This document shows positions 61,172 to 64,000 of a stretch of DNA of 64,000 nt, in pieces. The DNA is from Bdellovibrionales bacterium. GTDB taxonomy: Bacteria > Bdellovibrionota > Bdellovibrionia > Bdellovibrionales > UBA1609. The notes under the pieces were generated by a model. The model searched no databases. It saw only the letters and a list, made by a program, of their open reading frames with translations, and was not told the origin of the DNA. The stretch lies in the NCBI GenBank assembly GCA_965242635.1, contig OZ251471.1, positions 1,227,388 through 1,291,387 on the forward strand, written 5' to 3'. The translations under genes were made by a program, and so were the position numbers. Position 1 is the first letter of the stretch, and every line of letters starts with the position of its first letter.

Positions 61172-61852
61172 ATTCAGGAAAGGGCTTTTTTGGGCAAAAC
61201 CTTCAGGCCCAAGACCCATTTTTACCTGTCCTCCAACAAAAAGCTGTTGACTGTCCTCACCCCCTGGGGGCAGGAGTCCACCTCCCCTGAAAATGTGTTC
61301 GAAAATCTGGAAAGCCTTTACAGCCGTTTGTCTGAAGACAGGGAAAGCACACACCCTTTTCCCAAACTGATGAGCTTAAACTCTGTCCAAAACGACATGC
61401 GAACGGCTGTCATGCAGATCAATCAGGATATTTTCAGTCAGGTCAATCAGGAGGAATACGCTATGGGCTTTGAGCTGTTTTTCCTGAGCATAGTGGAGAA
61501 CACCTTAAGCTTTATTCAAATAGGCCAGCCCTTTGTCCTGATAGATCGCCCCTCTTCGGGCTTGAGAAGCGTGGGGCAAATAATGGATATATCGCTTAAC
61601 CACTTTGCATCCCCTCAGGCTCTGCCCCCTCTCCCTCACCGGCTTTTGGGCATACATGAGGATATTTCCTTTTCCTCTTTTTGCTTTCGGTTTCATCCTG
61701 AAGACAGGCTCGTTTTACTGAGCCGAAACAGTATTCCCGCCTCCTGGTTCAGCTTAAACAGGGAAGAGAGAATAAAGGATAAGCTCAGCCAGAAGGCGGT
61801 GGAGGACCAGGCTCAAACCCCCTTTTGGCTGGCCACAGTGGACTTGACCTGA
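61166..61852 (+). CDS. Hypothetical protein (faint PP2C/SpoIIE-like pattern)
   Basis: A 228-codon ORF whose ATG lies inside repeat copy F. Confidence 0.45.
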   Translation: MRIQERAFLGKTFRPKTHFYLSSNKKLLTVLTPWGQESTSPENVFENLESLYSRLSEDRESTHPFPKLMSLNSVQNDMRTAVMQINQDIFSQVNQEEYAMGFELFFLSIVENTLSFIQIGQPFVLIDRPSSGLRSVGQIMDISLNHFASPQALPPLPHRLLGIHEDISFSSFCFRFHPEDRLVLLSRNSIPASWFSLNREERIKDKLSQKAVEDQAQTPFWLATVDLT

Positions 61853-61916
61853 AAAGACTTTGGGCTTTATACTGCCTCTTGCCCTAAAGTCCAACTCCAA
61901 AAAAGGAGCATAGACC

Positions 61917-62549
61917 TTGTTGACAGATCAATTATTGAATCTTTCCTCCATAGCCCATGAGATTGTGCTGTGGTTTTTGATTGTATTGAGTGTTTTGTCT
62001 CTGGCCGTTATACTGGAGCGATTTTTCCTGCTCAAGAATTTTCTTTCGGAGACGAGCCTTATTTTATCGGAGATCACCTCTGCCCTGGAAAGTGGCCGGA
62101 ACTCTCACATGAAGTTGGTATACGACAAATACAGCCTTTTGCCGGCCGGTAAACTCCTGCAAAAAGCCTGGGAGCACATTATTGAAAAACGGGACCGGGG
62201 CCTGGAGGAAATGATGAATGCTCATTTGCTGGCTCTCAAGCCTCAAATGGAAACGCGTCTTGGCTTTTTGGCCACAGTGGGATCCAACGCCCCCTTCATT
62301 GGCCTTTTGGGCACCATTTTTGGTGTTATGGAGGCTTTTTCCGCTCTTGGCTCCAGCACCGGTTCTTCGGCTGTGGTTATGGCCGGCATATCCAAAGCCT
62401 TGGTGGCCACCGCCTTGGGGCTGATTGTGGCCATCCCCGCCATCACCGCGTATAATTTTTTGCAAAAACAATTAAAAATGATTTTTCATAACATGGAATC
62501 CTCAAAAGAAACTCTGCTGTCTTTTGCCAAAAATTGCCACAGCAAGTAA
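61917..62549 (+). CDS. MotA/TolQ/ExbB proton-channel family protein
   Basis: It has 3 TM segments and ...GSNAPFIGLLGTIFGVMEAF is the family signature. Confidence 0.85.
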   Translation: MLTDQLLNLSSIAHEIVLWFLIVLSVLSLAVILERFFLLKNFLSETSLILSEITSALESGRNSHMKLVYDKYSLLPAGKLLQKAWEHIIEKRDRGLEEMMNAHLLALKPQMETRLGFLATVGSNAPFIGLLGTIFGVMEAFSALGSSTGSSAVVMAGISKALVATALGLIVAIPAITAYNFLQKQLKMIFHNMESSKETLLSFAKNCHSK

Positions 62550-62571
62550 CCGCCCATGAAAAGGCTTTAAT

Positions 62572-62982
62572 ATGTCCAGTAAACTTATAGAGGACAACAA
62601 ACCCATAGCTGAGATCAATATTATCCCTTTTGTGGATATTATTTTGGTCATTTTGATTATTTTTATGGTCACAGCCCCTTTTATCATAAAGACCGGGTTC
62701 TCCCTGAATTTGCCCAAGGCGGATTCGGCTGGTTCTCTCAGCCAATCCACCATAAACATTACTATTGCCGTGGATGGCCGGGTTTTGCTGAACGGGGAGG
62801 TGTTGGATCCGGAGCAACTGAAGAGTGCACTTTCAAAAGAGGCTGTGGATACAGACACCACACAGGTGATTATTTCTGCGGATCAAAATGTTTTGCATGG
62901 AAAAGTGATCTCCGTCATCAACGAGATAAAGTCTTTGGGTTTAAAAAAAGTGGCCATCGCCGCCCGAAAAGAAAAACCCTGA
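62572..62982 (+). CDS. ExbD/TolR biopolymer transport protein
   Basis: EINIIPFVDIILVILIIFMV is the signature TM segment with the conserved Asp. About 135 aa. Confidence 0.85.
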   Translation: MSSKLIEDNKPIAEINIIPFVDIILVILIIFMVTAPFIIKTGFSLNLPKADSAGSLSQSTINITIAVDGRVLLNGEVLDPEQLKSALSKEAVDTDTTQVIISADQNVLHGKVISVINEIKSLGLKKVAIAARKEKP

Positions 62983-62993
62983 TCCTTTTTGGC

Positions 62994-64000
62994 TTAAGGC
63001 CAATACGACAAAACCTGTTTCACTATATCGGGGGCCAAAAGCCCTTCTTTTTTATACAAATGAGAGGCTTTACAGGCACTTCGGCCAAAGTCCGCGGACA
63101 CAGCCAAAGAACGCATATCCACTTTCACCCCTTTGAGCTGAAGGCTTTGTGCCACAAAGGCCCCCATACCTCCTGTCAGACGATGGTCTTCCACGCTCAG
63201 CAGGCGAAAATTGGTTTCCCTGAGGCAGGACAACAAAATGTCCATATCAGGTTTATTTATACTGGAGGCATTGACCACCAGGACTTTCCAGCCCTTTTTT
63301 GTGAGAGTGTGGCCAGCCAGCAGGGCCTCCTTCAGCAGAGGGCCTTCGGCCCACAGGGTCAGGGCCCTGGTTTTTCCCTCCCCGCCGGAATAAATCAGCT
63401 GTGCCCGCCCCAATTTATAATCATAGCCTTCCGGAAGATAAGAGCAAGGAAAAGTTTCTCTTCCCATAAAGAAAATCCGGGTCCTGGGGGTTTTGCCCGC
63501 TTTATAAGCTGAGGCAAAGGACTGAACCGCCTCTGTCATCAGGGAAAAAGCCTCTTCGCTGGAGCTTAAGACATACACATCCGTCATGGGCAAGGCCCCG
63601 GTTTGTGCGAGATAGCTCAAGCACTGGTGGGAGGCCCCATCGCCGGCGTCTGTCAGGCCCAGGTGAGAAAACACCCCTATCACCGGGGCCTGGGACAAAT
63701 TGGCCATAAACAAAGGCAAGGCCCCTTTGGTGACGGCAAACTGGGTAAAGGTATCCACCACGGGAATAAAGCCCTGTTTGGAAAAGCCAGTCGCCACCGA
63801 TATCATATTGGCTTCCGCCACCCCCATATCAAAGGAATATTCGGGAAATTTTTTTCGAAAAGGCAAAACGCCTGTGGAGCCTTGCAGATCAGAGCTTATG
63901 GATATCACCGGCCAATTTTTTTTCTCCCGGCAGTAAATGAGGGCTCGCCCAATCCCAGCTTGCACCTTGGCTTGTTGGCTTTTCTCAAGCCAAAAAGCCG
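62994..64000 (-). CDS. Transketolase family protein, C-terminal (pyrimidine-binding + C-terminal domain) subunit; the 5' end lies beyond the window
   Basis: ISSDLQGSTGV...FDMGVAEANMISVATGFSKQGFIPVVDTFTQF. The frame stays open from 63965 to the window edge. Confidence 0.8.
   Translation of the reverse strand, partial: AFWLEKSQQAKVQAGIGRALIYCREKKNWPVISISSDLQGSTGVLPFRKKFPEYSFDMGVAEANMISVATGFSKQGFIPVVDTFTQFAVTKGALPLFMANLSQAPVIGVFSHLGLTDAGDGASHQCLSYLAQTGALPMTDVYVLSSSEEAFSLMTEAVQSFASAYKAGKTPRTRIFFMGRETFPCSYLPEGYDYKLGRAQLIYSGGEGKTRALTLWAEGPLLKEALLAGHTLTKKGWKVLVVNASSINKPDMDILLSCLRETNFRLLSVEDHRLTGGMGAFVAQSLQLKGVKVDMRSLAVSADFGRSACKASHLYKKEGLLAPDIVKQVLSYWP

Overview
This is a 64-kb bacterial chromosomal window with no rRNA, no CRISPR array and no recognisable integrase or transposase ORF. 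The housekeeping backbone comprises leuS, two M16 peptidases, pyrC, ftsH, a NifS-like desulfurase, lnt, a plsC-like gene, dnaE, an RND pump, rel/spoT, scpAB, tilS, exbBD and a transketolase C-terminal subunit. Five tRNAs are present: Cys-GCA, Leu-CAA, Gly-UCC, Tyr-GUA and Thr-UGU. The gene content (type IV pilin, an Flp/TadE-type pilin module, an HTTM protein, a BatA-like VWA protein) suggests a Gram-negative, possibly Bdellovibrionota- or delta-like lineage; this is a guess only. Four things stand out. (1) An A+T-rich island at about 36.1-42.7 kb is dominated by one ~1720-codon ORF. It fuses a P-loop ATPase (AAA_14/DUF4143 type), an Mrr-like restriction-endonuclease domain, a long TPR-like array, a GreA/GreB-C-like domain and a PIN-like domain, and is flanked by two tandem DUF488 genes. 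This is my best candidate for an uncharacterised single-polypeptide conflict or defence system. (2) A modular ~70-135-bp interspersed element sits in frame, in the same orientation and the same reading frame (peptide LNQTG...), inside dnaE, lnt and the 5' part of an M16 peptidase gene. Intergenic, tandem and truncated copies also occur. This resembles Rickettsia palindromic elements. (3) A small defence island lies at the left edge (1-5.8 kb). It holds a type II methyltransferase plus a coupled partial ORF, Mrr plus an unknown partner, an Rpn-family remnant, and a translationally coupled three-gene cassette containing two small paralogues. (4) tRNA-anchored tandem repeats (86-bp units reiterating the tRNA-Cys 3' end; 136-bp units next to tRNA-Gly) and a repeat-rich islet at 49-52.3 kb include triplicated 3'-end fragments of a nuclease-like gene. 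A split subtilase whose two secreted halves share a C-terminal GGAVR tail is also notable. All domain calls come from motif recognition by eye. Repeat coordinates are accurate to a few bp, and no composition statistics were computed.
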